IMG/VR virus record: IMGVR_UViG_3300021479_000013
Coordinates: 1 to 64,000 of that record
Source: a virus
Reading direction: 5' to 3' (one strand)
DNA: 64,000 nt
This document shows, one piece after another, positions 18,396-27,001 of the stretch. Position numbers and translations under genes: made by a program. Under the pieces are notes generated by a model that was given only the letters and a program-made list of their open reading frames with translations, was not told the origin of the DNA and searched no databases. Each line of letters opens with the position of its first letter. The first letter of the stretch is position 1.

Positions 18396-19591
18396 ATCGC
18401 CTCGTTATCCTCTTCCGCGAAGATGTCGATATCCTCGTCGGACTTTGTGAAGTTCGTTTCCTTGTATCCTTGCTCTTTCAACACGAACGCGCGGAAGTAA
18501 GGGTCGCTCCGGTCGTCGTGCGGGTATCGGACGCTAAACGTGTCCGGGTAGCTCTGAGACTTCCACGCGTTTACGATGCTGACGATCTGTCTTCCCGCGA
18601 CCTTGCCAGCGTCTTCCGCCGATTCTACGGTGACGAATCCTGCGTTGAACTGCAGCCGCTGCTTCGTGACCACGCTCTCATCGCAAAAGGTTCCGTTCTC
18701 GTTGAGCCAGACTTGCTTGCGTTCCTTTGCCACCTTGGTCTGCTCCGTCTTTCCGTTCTTCTGGCCCTGGACTCGCTCCATCTCTTCGACCAGGAAGTCG
18801 TTCGCTAACAGCCAGATTCCGTCGTCCTCTACCATCGCGACCACGGCCTCCTGGCCAGCCTTCATGAATCCGGCGTCTTCGAGGAGGGTGACCGAGTATC
18901 CCTTTTGAATCGTCAGTCCCTTCTTAACGAACCAACACATCGCGACATCGCGAATTCCGCTGACCCACGAATACAGTCGTAGCTGTATATCGTACGCCGC
19001 AATCCCGTACTGCTCCGGGAAGTCTGCTCCTGCTGTCTTGATGTCGACGATAATTGGTCGGAAGGCCCCGTACTCGGGCTTCCAGTCAAGCTTTGGCAGC
19101 ATGGGGTGCTGAGGCTCAACGAAGGCGACGACGTCGAGCCTTCCTTCGAATTCGATCTCTCCATAGTTGGCGTCTCCTGGGAATACTTCCTTCCCGTAGA
19201 TTCTTTGGAACACCGACTGCCCGCCGAGCGGGATAGGAAGACTCGGCTGGCGAATCGCGTACAGCTTCAGCCAGTCGGTACCGATGCGTAGACACTGAGC
19301 CCAATCTTTCTCCACGCGAGTATAGATGAGTTCTTTGTTTTCTCTGAATGCTCCCCACTGAGTTTCAAAATACTTCAACGAGCCTACGAGATCACCTCGA
19401 TTTTCGTGATAGTATTGAAAAGATGATTCAAATGCCTTTCCTAGCTCAAATCTAGCTAAGCAGTTCTTCTCACGCCATCCAAGGACTTTCTGAAGATAGT
19501 ATTTATAATTACAGTGGTCCCACGTACTTCCCGCGCTGTAAGAGTGCTTACGATGTGGTTTTCCAGAGGTTCCGATATATAAAAAAGCCAT
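18392..19591 (-). CDS. PD-(D/E)XK superfamily exonuclease (RecB/Cas4-like)
   Basis: HSYS, C-x-YKYY, GRLDVV, IVDIKT, QLRLY. Confidence 0.85.
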   Translation of the reverse strand: MAFLYIGTSGKPHRKHSYSAGSTWDHCNYKYYLQKVLGWREKNCLARFELGKAFESSFQYYHENRGDLVGSLKYFETQWGAFRENKELIYTRVEKDWAQCLRIGTDWLKLYAIRQPSLPIPLGGQSVFQRIYGKEVFPGDANYGEIEFEGRLDVVAFVEPQHPMLPKLDWKPEYGAFRPIIVDIKTAGADFPEQYGIAAYDIQLRLYSWVSGIRDVAMCWFVKKGLTIQKGYSVTLLEDAGFMKAGQEAVVAMVEDDGIWLLANDFLVEEMERVQGQKNGKTEQTKVAKERKQVWLNENGTFCDESVVTKQRLQFNAGFVTVESAEDAGKVAGRQIVSIVNAWKSQSYPDTFSVRYPHDDRSDPYFRAFVLKEQGYKETNFTKSDEDIDIFAEEDNEAI

Positions 19592-19592
19592 A

Positions 19593-20090
19593 TTATTTTT
19601 CTCCGAGAATAAATCTCATAAACTTTTTCTTTGCCTCTGGTGAAAGAGACTTCAAATGCCCCTCTGCTGCATTGCATGATGGGTGTAAAAAGCCAAACCC
19701 TTCTCCCGTTTCGTGGCTGTGGTGATAGTTTGCTTTTAAAAAATCAAGAAGACTGCCACACGCTGCGCACAAATTATTTTGTTTCTTCCATTGCTCGATC
19801 ATGCATTCTGGTGTTTCTCTTATAGGAGAGTGGTTAAATCTCTCACTATTATGCCTAGCGGAGGTAATCAATTTTCTCATTCTCCCGAGCATCCCTGATT
19901 TTGACCCGTCTCCTGCTCCCCATACTTTGGTACGAGCATAGGCGTATTGTCTTGGTGCCCAGCTTTTTCGGTATTTATTCCAAACAACCAAGTCATTGGT
20001 AACACCATAATCAGGCAAAATGACCTCGATATTTGCGAACTTTTTGGATTTGAAAGTATACAACTCATTAGCTATCTGCAGTCGCTTCAT
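19593..20090 (-). CDS. Endonuclease VII-like HNH homing endonuclease
   Basis: QNNLCAAC, HHSHETG..GFLHPSCN; AT-rich insert. Confidence 0.8.
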   Translation of the reverse strand: MKRLQIANELYTFKSKKFANIEVILPDYGVTNDLVVWNKYRKSWAPRQYAYARTKVWGAGDGSKSGMLGRMRKLITSARHNSERFNHSPIRETPECMIEQWKKQNNLCAACGSLLDFLKANYHHSHETGEGFGFLHPSCNAAEGHLKSLSPEAKKKFMRFILGEK

Positions 20091-21712
20091 TCAATTTCTC
20101 CAAAAATCTCGATATTGTCCAAAAATTCATTCAAAAATTGGCTGCGATTTTTCGAGAAGCTTATCTGTAGCTCATCAGCCGCTCTGCTCGCGGCCACGAA
20201 AAAGATGCGGCTCTCTTCCATCAGCTCGCCGTCTTTGTGTGGCATAGTTCCCTGGTTGCAGCCGACGATAAATACGTGCTTGAATTCCCTGCCCTTCGCC
20301 TGATGGACCGTACTGAGAGTAAGGATAGGCTCAGTCTTGCTGCGGCGCATGAAGGTGATCTTGCGGAGCCAGTCTAAGAACTGCGGGACGGTTAGCGGCA
20401 GGCCTGTTTCCTTGCTCTTCCTTCCACCCATCCGGACGATATCGTTCAAGTTTTCAACTGGGTCCTTGTCCATAGCTCCCTTGGTATTGGTGTAACGGTA
20501 GACCAGGTTGTGTTCCTTGATTAGAGCTGTCATTACCACGGCGGCTGGCCTCGGGTCGCCTGCCTTTTCCTTGGTCAGGTCGATCAGGTGCTTGACCTCG
20601 TTCTCCTGCCAGACGTTCTTCTTGCCGAGAATTTCGGCCTTGATGTTTCTAGACATCGCGCGCCGTTGGATGAGCTGCAGCTGGCGGTTGGTGCGGGCCA
20701 GGACGGCTGACTCGTCGGTAATTCCGCGCTCGTTTATCTCGCTTAATACCTCGTTGGCCTCTTCGTCCTCGGAGCCGTAGCTGATAAATCGTAGCTCGTC
20801 TCGGATGTCGGCGGCTGACGGGCGCATCGAGACCATGTGACTCGCTAGGCCGTTGTCGACCGGCAGAATCTTCTTCAAGAAGTCTACCAGTCTAATAGTT
20901 GAGCGATAATTTTGGCCAAGATAAAGCGTTCTTGCTCCCGGGAATGACTTTGCAAAGTTAGAGAGATTTCCAGACTGCGCTGATCGCCATTCGTAGATAA
21001 GCTGATTTTCATCTCCGACCACGAAGATGTTTCCTCCGTAGAGGAGATTGAGGAGCCGGAACTGGGTCGTATCAGTGTCTTGACACTCGTCGACGGCGAT
21101 ATACTTCCTAGTGTTTCTTGATCGAACTGCATCGTTATCCTCCAAAAGTTTTACGGTCTCTTTAATAAGCGAATCGAAGTCGAGCCAGCCTTGGAGCCGA
21201 CTTTTAATTTCATAGTCTCGGTAGGCCAGCGCGTAAAAGTAAGTTATCCCGCCGCTGAATTCCTGTTCCATAGCCTGCTCCGGACTGACGTTCCCGGCCT
21301 TCCACTCGCTGATGCGGTCAGAGAGCGCGCGGTACGAGGTGATAGGAGGGTAGACCTTTAAAAGTTCCTTAATTAATAAAAAAGATTCGCCTCTAACAGG
21401 TATGATACTTTGGCAGGTTGAGAACGGAAGAAACTGCCTCTCTCTCTTGAGCAAATCTAAACAGAAACTGTGGAAAGTTCTAAAAACGTCGGCGGAATTA
21501 AAAAGACCTACCCTATCGATCATCTCTTTTGCGGCTCCGCTAGTAAAAGTTAAATTCAGTATATCCTTATCGGGTATACCCCGATCTCGCATCCTTCTAT
21601 ACCGCTCTACCATGACACGCGTTTTTCCGCTCCCAGGCCCACTTATGACAACGAAGTCGCCGTCAATTGAGTCAACCGCTGTCCGTTGTTCTAAATTGAG
21701 AGTTAAGGTCAC
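20087..21712 (-). CDS. UvrD/PcrA superfamily 1 helicase
   Basis: GPGSGKT, VDECQD, VGDENQLIY, QNYRS, STVHQAKGREF, FVAASRA. Confidence 0.95.
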   Translation of the reverse strand: MTLTLNLEQRTAVDSIDGDFVVISGPGSGKTRVMVERYRRMRDRGIPDKDILNLTFTSGAAKEMIDRVGLFNSADVFRTFHSFCLDLLKRERQFLPFSTCQSIIPVRGESFLLIKELLKVYPPITSYRALSDRISEWKAGNVSPEQAMEQEFSGGITYFYALAYRDYEIKSRLQGWLDFDSLIKETVKLLEDNDAVRSRNTRKYIAVDECQDTDTTQFRLLNLLYGGNIFVVGDENQLIYEWRSAQSGNLSNFAKSFPGARTLYLGQNYRSTIRLVDFLKKILPVDNGLASHMVSMRPSAADIRDELRFISYGSEDEEANEVLSEINERGITDESAVLARTNRQLQLIQRRAMSRNIKAEILGKKNVWQENEVKHLIDLTKEKAGDPRPAAVVMTALIKEHNLVYRYTNTKGAMDKDPVENLNDIVRMGGRKSKETGLPLTVPQFLDWLRKITFMRRSKTEPILTLSTVHQAKGREFKHVFIVGCNQGTMPHKDGELMEESRIFFVAASRAADELQISFSKNRSQFLNEFLDNIEIFGEIE

Positions 21713-21719
21713 AGGTATT

Positions 21720-21968
21720 TTACATCCTCTCCCAGGCTAGCCTTCGGCTCGTCTGCGGGGTGAAGTTTTCCCGCCTCCCCGCCTCACGGTCTGTGTAGTA
21801 ATCCGCGTCTTCCACAGCGGTGACGATGATCTCGTCGGTGCACGGGTACTTCGGATGCGCGATGTCGCGCTTCACTAGAGTGCACCGAGTGAACTCGCAT
21901 TCTTCCTTGCGGTCCAGCTTAGAAATTAGAGAGAGCAGATTGCGTCTGGTTAGGTATACGTGTTGCAT
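21720..21968 (-). CDS. Hypothetical protein
   Basis: TAATG overlap. Confidence 0.65.
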   Translation of the reverse strand: MQHVYLTRRNLLSLISKLDRKEECEFTRCTLVKRDIAHPKYPCTDEIIVTAVEDADYYTDREAGRRENFTPQTSRRLAWERM

Positions 21969-23230
21969 TACTTCACCCCCAGGCTGTCATTGATGTACTT
22001 GACCAGGCCCTTAACTGTGTTCTGACTTACGAATCCGTCGAACCAGGAGAGAGTATCTTCCCACTGGTCTGTGGACATGAACTGAGGCGCTATGCCAGAT
22101 GTCTTGGTGATGAACGCGCGCATCTTTTGAACGCTTCCAAGATTCTCGCTAGAAGGAAGCTGCGAGGTAAACACCGAAACCCGCTTCCGGTAATCGGCCA
22201 TCTGTGCGTCGGTAGGCTTTCCTGGGAACTCTGTACCCATTAAGGCCGCTGGGGTAGCTACTGGCGGCACAGGGGCGGGCTGAGGCGCGACATCTGGGGC
22301 TTGTGGCGGTGCAGCAACAACCGCTTGCGTTGGCACGGTAGGAAAGAGAAACTTGTTGACGGCACCTTGGCGGACCTCTTGCGGGTCGGGTGTCGAGACA
22401 GTCTCGGGCTCCACGTCCATGCTCACGGTATTCTTTTGACGACGGGCGCGGCGGGGGCGCGTAGGTTCCTCTGGAGTGCTCTCAAATGCCTCTGGCTGCT
22501 CCACAGCGGCCTGTACAGCGCCTTCGTCCCTAGCGTTGAGGAAAGCGGCTGCATTCTTGCGAAGGGCCTCCTGCTGGGCTACAAATTCGTTCTGGGCGGC
22601 TTGTACAGACGTCACAGTCGCGAAATCTCTCAATTCTGGTGCGAACCTGTCCTCGTGCGTCACTTTGCCTGTCTCTACGAGTTTCCCCGGCGCATTATTT
22701 GCGACCGCAGGAGTCGGAGGGATGACCATCGGACTGCCAGAAAGTGTCGCCTGGGACGCGGGGTTCGAAAGGTCGCCCACTGTCGCGCGGACTTCGCTTT
22801 CATCCAAGATTCCGAGAGAGGTGAACTGCATGGTGAGTCGACGGGTCGACCGCGTGGAGGCAGTCATAATGCCGTCATCAAGTGATTTACCTGAAAGGTT
22901 ATCGATGAACTTGGAGCCTGTCGCGATCTCCTGACGCCCTTCTTTATTCTTGCCTGTGGCGGTGAAGACGATACTGCCCTTGACCATCTTGTCTGTTAGG
23001 GAGTCGACGTTAATGCCCAAATTTTTTCGAAGGATTTCGGCGGTGCCACGGCGCGCGTAAATGACCAGCGACTTGCCGGGTCCGGATTCGTTGTCCATCC
23101 AGATTGTGTCCAGCGCCGACAAGTCTGGGTCTAGGCCGATGAACTCGCTGACGTCGCGGAGGTACTGCGTGAGCTGTTCCGCGCTCATCTTGGAAAGGTC
23201 GTGCTGAATGACAAGTTTCTGTTTGCTCAT
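21968..23230 (-). CDS. Putative single-strand annealing recombinase (RecT/Bet-like) with Pro/Ala linker
   Basis: IMTASTRSTRRLT..LGILDESE resembles the phage SSAP motif MKAETKAKRR..GLG.LDE; next to helicase and exonuclease; promoter TTGACA-17-TATTAT at 23249-23277. Confidence 0.55.
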   Translation of the reverse strand: MSKQKLVIQHDLSKMSAEQLTQYLRDVSEFIGLDPDLSALDTIWMDNESGPGKSLVIYARRGTAEILRKNLGINVDSLTDKMVKGSIVFTATGKNKEGRQEIATGSKFIDNLSGKSLDDGIMTASTRSTRRLTMQFTSLGILDESEVRATVGDLSNPASQATLSGSPMVIPPTPAVANNAPGKLVETGKVTHEDRFAPELRDFATVTSVQAAQNEFVAQQEALRKNAAAFLNARDEGAVQAAVEQPEAFESTPEEPTRPRRARRQKNTVSMDVEPETVSTPDPQEVRQGAVNKFLFPTVPTQAVVAAPPQAPDVAPQPAPVPPVATPAALMGTEFPGKPTDAQMADYRKRVSVFTSQLPSSENLGSVQKMRAFITKTSGIAPQFMSTDQWEDTLSWFDGFVSQNTVKGLVKYINDSLGVK

Positions 23231-23273
23231 ATTTTCCTCACTTTCGAGATAATAGCACAATAATTCTAAATTG

Positions 23274-23522
23274 TCAAGGTATTTGTAACGTGTCTTCCAC
23301 GATCTCTACCAGAAGCTGGTCCAGAGACTTCGAGGACATCCTAATGTTAAGCTTGGCGCTCGCTTGGACCCTTCCGCCGATCTTTTGAAGACACGCGAAT
23401 CCTGACCGGTAGGCGAATTCGAGCGCGTCCTCTATCGTTTCCGCTTCCGATAGGAAGGTGAACTCGGTCGTGTAAACCATATCCTTCTTGCGACTCCAAC
23501 ACCTCAGCGTCCACCGTCTCAT
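23274..23522 (-). CDS. Hypothetical protein
   Basis: ATGA overlap. Confidence 0.55.
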   Translation of the reverse strand: MRRWTLRCWSRKKDMVYTTEFTFLSEAETIEDALEFAYRSGFACLQKIGGRVQASAKLNIRMSSKSLDQLLVEIVEDTLQIP

Positions 23523-23824
23523 TGCGGGGTGTCCAAGTGGTTGTGCGGCGCTGTGGTAACGCTGATATCTGAGTTATCGTTGCCGAGGCCGAGGAGGATG
23601 AGCACACGTGCGTCCGGCGCGCGGACTACCTGCCAGTCGTGCGTTCCGGCGATGTCTCGAAGAATAGACTGCGTTTCCGCCCAAGTCTTACCTGGCTGGT
23701 AGCCGTGGGACAAAAGTGCGGATTGAATCTGCTTGACGCGTTTGGCGTCCGGCTGCGTTTGGGCCGCGTGTAACATGCCCGTGATAATTAACACGGCCAA
23801 GGTAGCTAAAATTGCTCGTCTCAT
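23519..23824 (-). CDS. Secreted peptidoglycan-binding-domain-like protein
   Basis: Signal peptide; VKQIQSALLSHGY...PDARVLILLGLG. Confidence 0.6.
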   Translation of the reverse strand: MRRAILATLAVLIITGMLHAAQTQPDAKRVKQIQSALLSHGYQPGKTWAETQSILRDIAGTHDWQVVRAPDARVLILLGLGNDNSDISVTTAPHNHLDTPQ

Positions 23825-24366
23825 TGGTACCTCGCTGCCGTCAGAACTTTAGTCGAGTACGTATTGGTGTGATCTCCGAAACCGTTGTACGCGTGAAGGC
23901 CTTCTTCCACGCCGTACCGCTTGATATAGCCTTTCAAGATTCCGCATCCGACCGCCAGGTTCACAGCCGGGTCTAGAAGCTGTCGTTTGGAGTACCGCTT
24001 GTAAAGCGGGTAGTGTACCTGCATCAGTCCGATATCCTTCGTGCTGGACTCCGCGTCCGGCTTGCAGGACGATTCCACGAAGATGAGTGCGGCGAGAATC
24101 CTGGGAGAGATTCCCATCTCGACCGCAAACTTCCCCGTCAGAAGAGAGTAGTTGTCGCCGCACCCGTTGTAACGGTAGATGTCGCGCGCGATCACCGCCG
24201 CCCTGGCGTACCGCTTCTCTAACAGCTCTTGCTTAAAGGATTCCTTCGCCTGGTCAACCGTGAGCGGTCTTGCCAGGACAGGTTTAACGTCCGGAGTTCC
24301 GTACTTGTCGTAGAATAAACAACCGAACATGCCTGTTATAAACATCAGAGACAGTAGTTTGTTCAT
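23821..24366 (-). CDS. Lytic transglycosylase (SLT domain), membrane-anchored
   Basis: VESS, GLMQV, NLAVG, AYNG; hydrophobic N-terminus ending in FGC. Confidence 0.88.
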   Translation of the reverse strand: MNKLLSLMFITGMFGCLFYDKYGTPDVKPVLARPLTVDQAKESFKQELLEKRYARAAVIARDIYRYNGCGDNYSLLTGKFAVEMGISPRILAALIFVESSCKPDAESSTKDIGLMQVHYPLYKRYSKRQLLDPAVNLAVGCGILKGYIKRYGVEEGLHAYNGFGDHTNTYSTKVLTAARYQ

Positions 24367-24378
24367 GGTCAAATCGTA

Positions 24379-24576
24379 TCACATCCCGTCTTTGTTTGTC
24401 AAGTCCTTTTTACATCGGCATGTCTTGATAGGGACCCGGTCGCCCGCCTTTAAATTGCAGGGCATGCAGTCAGAAATACCGAAGGCGCTGTGCGTCAGTT
24501 TTTCTATTTCCCAGTTGTATTCTTTGCCGCATACGCAGACCCAGATGAACATCGGAACAAATTTAATTTCTTCCAT
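24379..24576 (-). CDS. Small Cys-rich hypothetical protein
   Basis: GAGG RBS; CxC and CxxC. Confidence 0.5.
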   Translation of the reverse strand: MEEIKFVPMFIWVCVCGKEYNWEIEKLTHSAFGISDCMPCNLKAGDRVPIKTCRCKKDLTNKDGM

Positions 24577-24662
24577 TATGTCCTCTCAGATAAAAATAAG
24601 CCCTTCGTATCAGTTTTATAGAATCCTTCAACAAGCCCAACGTGTTCGCTAATCATTTTTCC

Positions 24663-25808
24663 TCATTTGTGGTAATAGGGGTCGGAATAGCCATCTGCAC
24701 CCAGAAGAAGGCCATCTGCCCAAGATATTGGTTGACTCATTATAGAAATCATGGTCTCCACTGCCGGGCTTAGAATATCATTCTCAACTACACATATCTG
24801 CTCATCGTGGACATGACCTATCGTGCTACCCGGCTCAAGGGCCTCTATCTCGATTAATTTGCAGGCCAAAATATCTCTGGCGATTCCCTGGACCAAGTTC
24901 TCGAATAGTTTTCCGCCGTGTGTGCTTATGTGGGGGTGCCACTTCTTTGTCTTCTGATTCGTCCCCCCGTAGATTAGAGAGTCGCGATACACGTCAATCT
25001 CGTTACCGTCGTCGTCCTGAGTTTTCCACGGCATCAGCGTCGGCTCTAGTCTGGCGTCTAGATAGTGGAGCATCCGTCCGCTAGGAAGCCTCATACGCAT
25101 CATTGGCTCTCGTTCTTTATTGCCTTGTGCGTCTATGAAGTTCACGCGGTCGATTACGACGCACCCGTTCGGGCCTATCTTACGAATTGTGGCCGGGTGG
25201 TCTGGATGCATCACATCCGCTACCGCTAGCTCTAGCATCTTCCAGATACCATTTTTGGGGTCGCATATTTCTGGATAAGAGTTACGGAAGACATCGCTGG
25301 CTTCGCCTGCCTGCTCTTGGGACATCTCTACGTTCATCGCATCCCCGTATCCCCACAAACCGGTCTTGATGCGGTCGCGAATCTCTTCGCAGTGACAGTA
25401 CTTCTTACCGACCTTCTTTACCTTGCCGTTCTGCTGAGTGTAAGTGTCCTTTGCGTTGCAATCGTCCCCGTGGTTTTTGTATGAGTCTGGGGACTTTCCC
25501 CATCCGCCGCCTGCCATTCTATAAATAGAGGCCAGCACAGGAACCTTCGCAATTTGACGCCTACGCTTAGCTATGCCTTGGCGCTCTTTGCCGTTCTTGC
25601 CTTTATAGTCCGCGTAAATATTGTCGTATTCTAGGCCCCATATCTTGCATGAGAACGAGAGATACGGGCATCGTCCAACCGGATGATATTCTCCAAACTG
25701 ATCTGTGTACGGTTCGAAGACTTTCATCAGGTCTACGCAGTTTGCTAGCCATGCTCCGACCCTGGTTTCGATGGCATTTAGGTCTACCACTTGAAGGCGC
25801 TGGCTCAT
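24663..25808 (-). CDS. Family A DNA polymerase, C-terminal part (palm/fingers)
   Basis: Motif A DLNAIETR, motif B RQIAK...Y, HGGKLFENLVQGIARD, motif C HVHDE. Confidence 0.92.
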   Translation of the reverse strand: MSQRLQVVDLNAIETRVGAWLANCVDLMKVFEPYTDQFGEYHPVGRCPYLSFSCKIWGLEYDNIYADYKGKNGKERQGIAKRRRQIAKVPVLASIYRMAGGGWGKSPDSYKNHGDDCNAKDTYTQQNGKVKKVGKKYCHCEEIRDRIKTGLWGYGDAMNVEMSQEQAGEASDVFRNSYPEICDPKNGIWKMLELAVADVMHPDHPATIRKIGPNGCVVIDRVNFIDAQGNKEREPMMRMRLPSGRMLHYLDARLEPTLMPWKTQDDDGNEIDVYRDSLIYGGTNQKTKKWHPHISTHGGKLFENLVQGIARDILACKLIEIEALEPGSTIGHVHDEQICVVENDILSPAVETMISIMSQPISWADGLLLGADGYSDPYYHK

Positions 25809-27001
25809 ATAGAGAACACCGTTCGAATCAGAGATTTTATCGTAAGCAAAACGCTTCCATACTTCGACTTGATTCCCTCGTAATCTTCCGCGTAAATCAT
25901 CGCACGAGCCTCTTTCACGGTGCTCTGATCTTCGAAGTCGAACCCGTTTAATTTATCTGGAGGCAGCGGCCTGGCCATATTTTGAAGCTGAACCGAGCTA
26001 CCGCTCCAACGACCACAGCGACTAGCTCCCATAAATATAAACTGACCGCGCAATCTTCCGTCAGGCGATACGCACTCGATAATCTTGCCCAGCTTCTGAT
26101 AGCTAGTGCTGGCTGCCTCTGCGCGCATCTTCAAAGCCGTCCTGCAAGCGTCGGTCAGCTTGATGTCTGGGTCCTTCAAGACCGATGTGACTGTGTCCTT
26201 ACGCAAGGTGCCGTAAGGGTAGCCTTGGGTCTTGGCCCACTTCTTGACATGGTCCGGTGAGTTGGCGTTCAATACGCCTGTCATCTTCTCGAAGTTTAGC
26301 TTGGCCTCTTCCTTCGCGCGGACGGCCAGCTTGTACATCTTGCGTACGAATTCTACGTCGACGGGCATCCCTCTGTCGTTAATTTTCTGGTCCAGTATCC
26401 ACAGCTTCTGCTCAAACTCTGGCAGCGGGAGGGCCTTCAAGATTCGTATCCGACGGAGTAGCTCGCCTTCAGCGACAACGTCTTGCCTGCCGTAAGCGAG
26501 GAATTCTTCCCACTCCTTCGGGTGTGAATTCCAGTCGTTGTAATATTCCTTCGCGGGATTTTTCTTGGTGGCCTTGGTGATGACCTTGTCGCAGAACAGC
26601 TTAATCAGCGCGTCGCCGCGCGGGTCCTTAGATAGGTGCGGGGGGACTCCCAGGACTTCGCACTGCACGTCCAAGCTGGCGGGTAGAGACAGATAACGCC
26701 CGCCGACCTGGGGGTCGATGAACCGGCTGGCGGGGATGTCGTATCCCAGCTTTTTAAGACCGTACCTCTCGAACGCGGAATTGAATGCCACTAAATACAC
26801 GTCCGGATGATTGATAGCTTGCCATAGTTCGTTGTGAATTTGCTCGCCTTCCCAGATGCGCCAGCATTTATATTCGCCGCTTCCGATCTTGAACCACAGG
26901 AATAAAAGCTCCGTGTCCGGGTGAAAGATGTAATTGTGTAGCCCTCGGTCACTGGGACCGAAGGTGCTGCGGCTCTCGAAGTCGATGTGAAGTTCGATCA
27001 C
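25805..27001 (-). CDS. Family A DNA polymerase, N-terminal part (3'-5' exonuclease, thumb)
   Basis: ExoI DFESRS, ExoII AFNSAFER, ExoIII YGRQDV, INDRG, GRWSG..VQLQNMAR, LIRTVF. Confidence 0.92.
   Translation of the reverse strand: MIELHIDFESRSTFGPSDRGLHNYIFHPDTELLFLWFKIGSGEYKCWRIWEGEQIHNELWQAINHPDVYLVAFNSAFERYGLKKLGYDIPASRFIDPQVGGRYLSLPASLDVQCEVLGVPPHLSKDPRGDALIKLFCDKVITKATKKNPAKEYYNDWNSHPKEWEEFLAYGRQDVVAEGELLRRIRILKALPLPEFEQKLWILDQKINDRGMPVDVEFVRKMYKLAVRAKEEAKLNFEKMTGVLNANSPDHVKKWAKTQGYPYGTLRKDTVTSVLKDPDIKLTDACRTALKMRAEAASTSYQKLGKIIECVSPDGRLRGQFIFMGASRCGRWSGSSVQLQNMARPLPPDKLNGFDFEDQSTVKEARAMIYAEDYEGIKSKYGSVLLTIKSLIRTVFSI

Noticed and set aside
25790-25830. Intron or split intein at the polymerase break
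   Set aside because: There is no intervening sequence and no intein terminal motifs (N-terminal C/S block, C-terminal HN).
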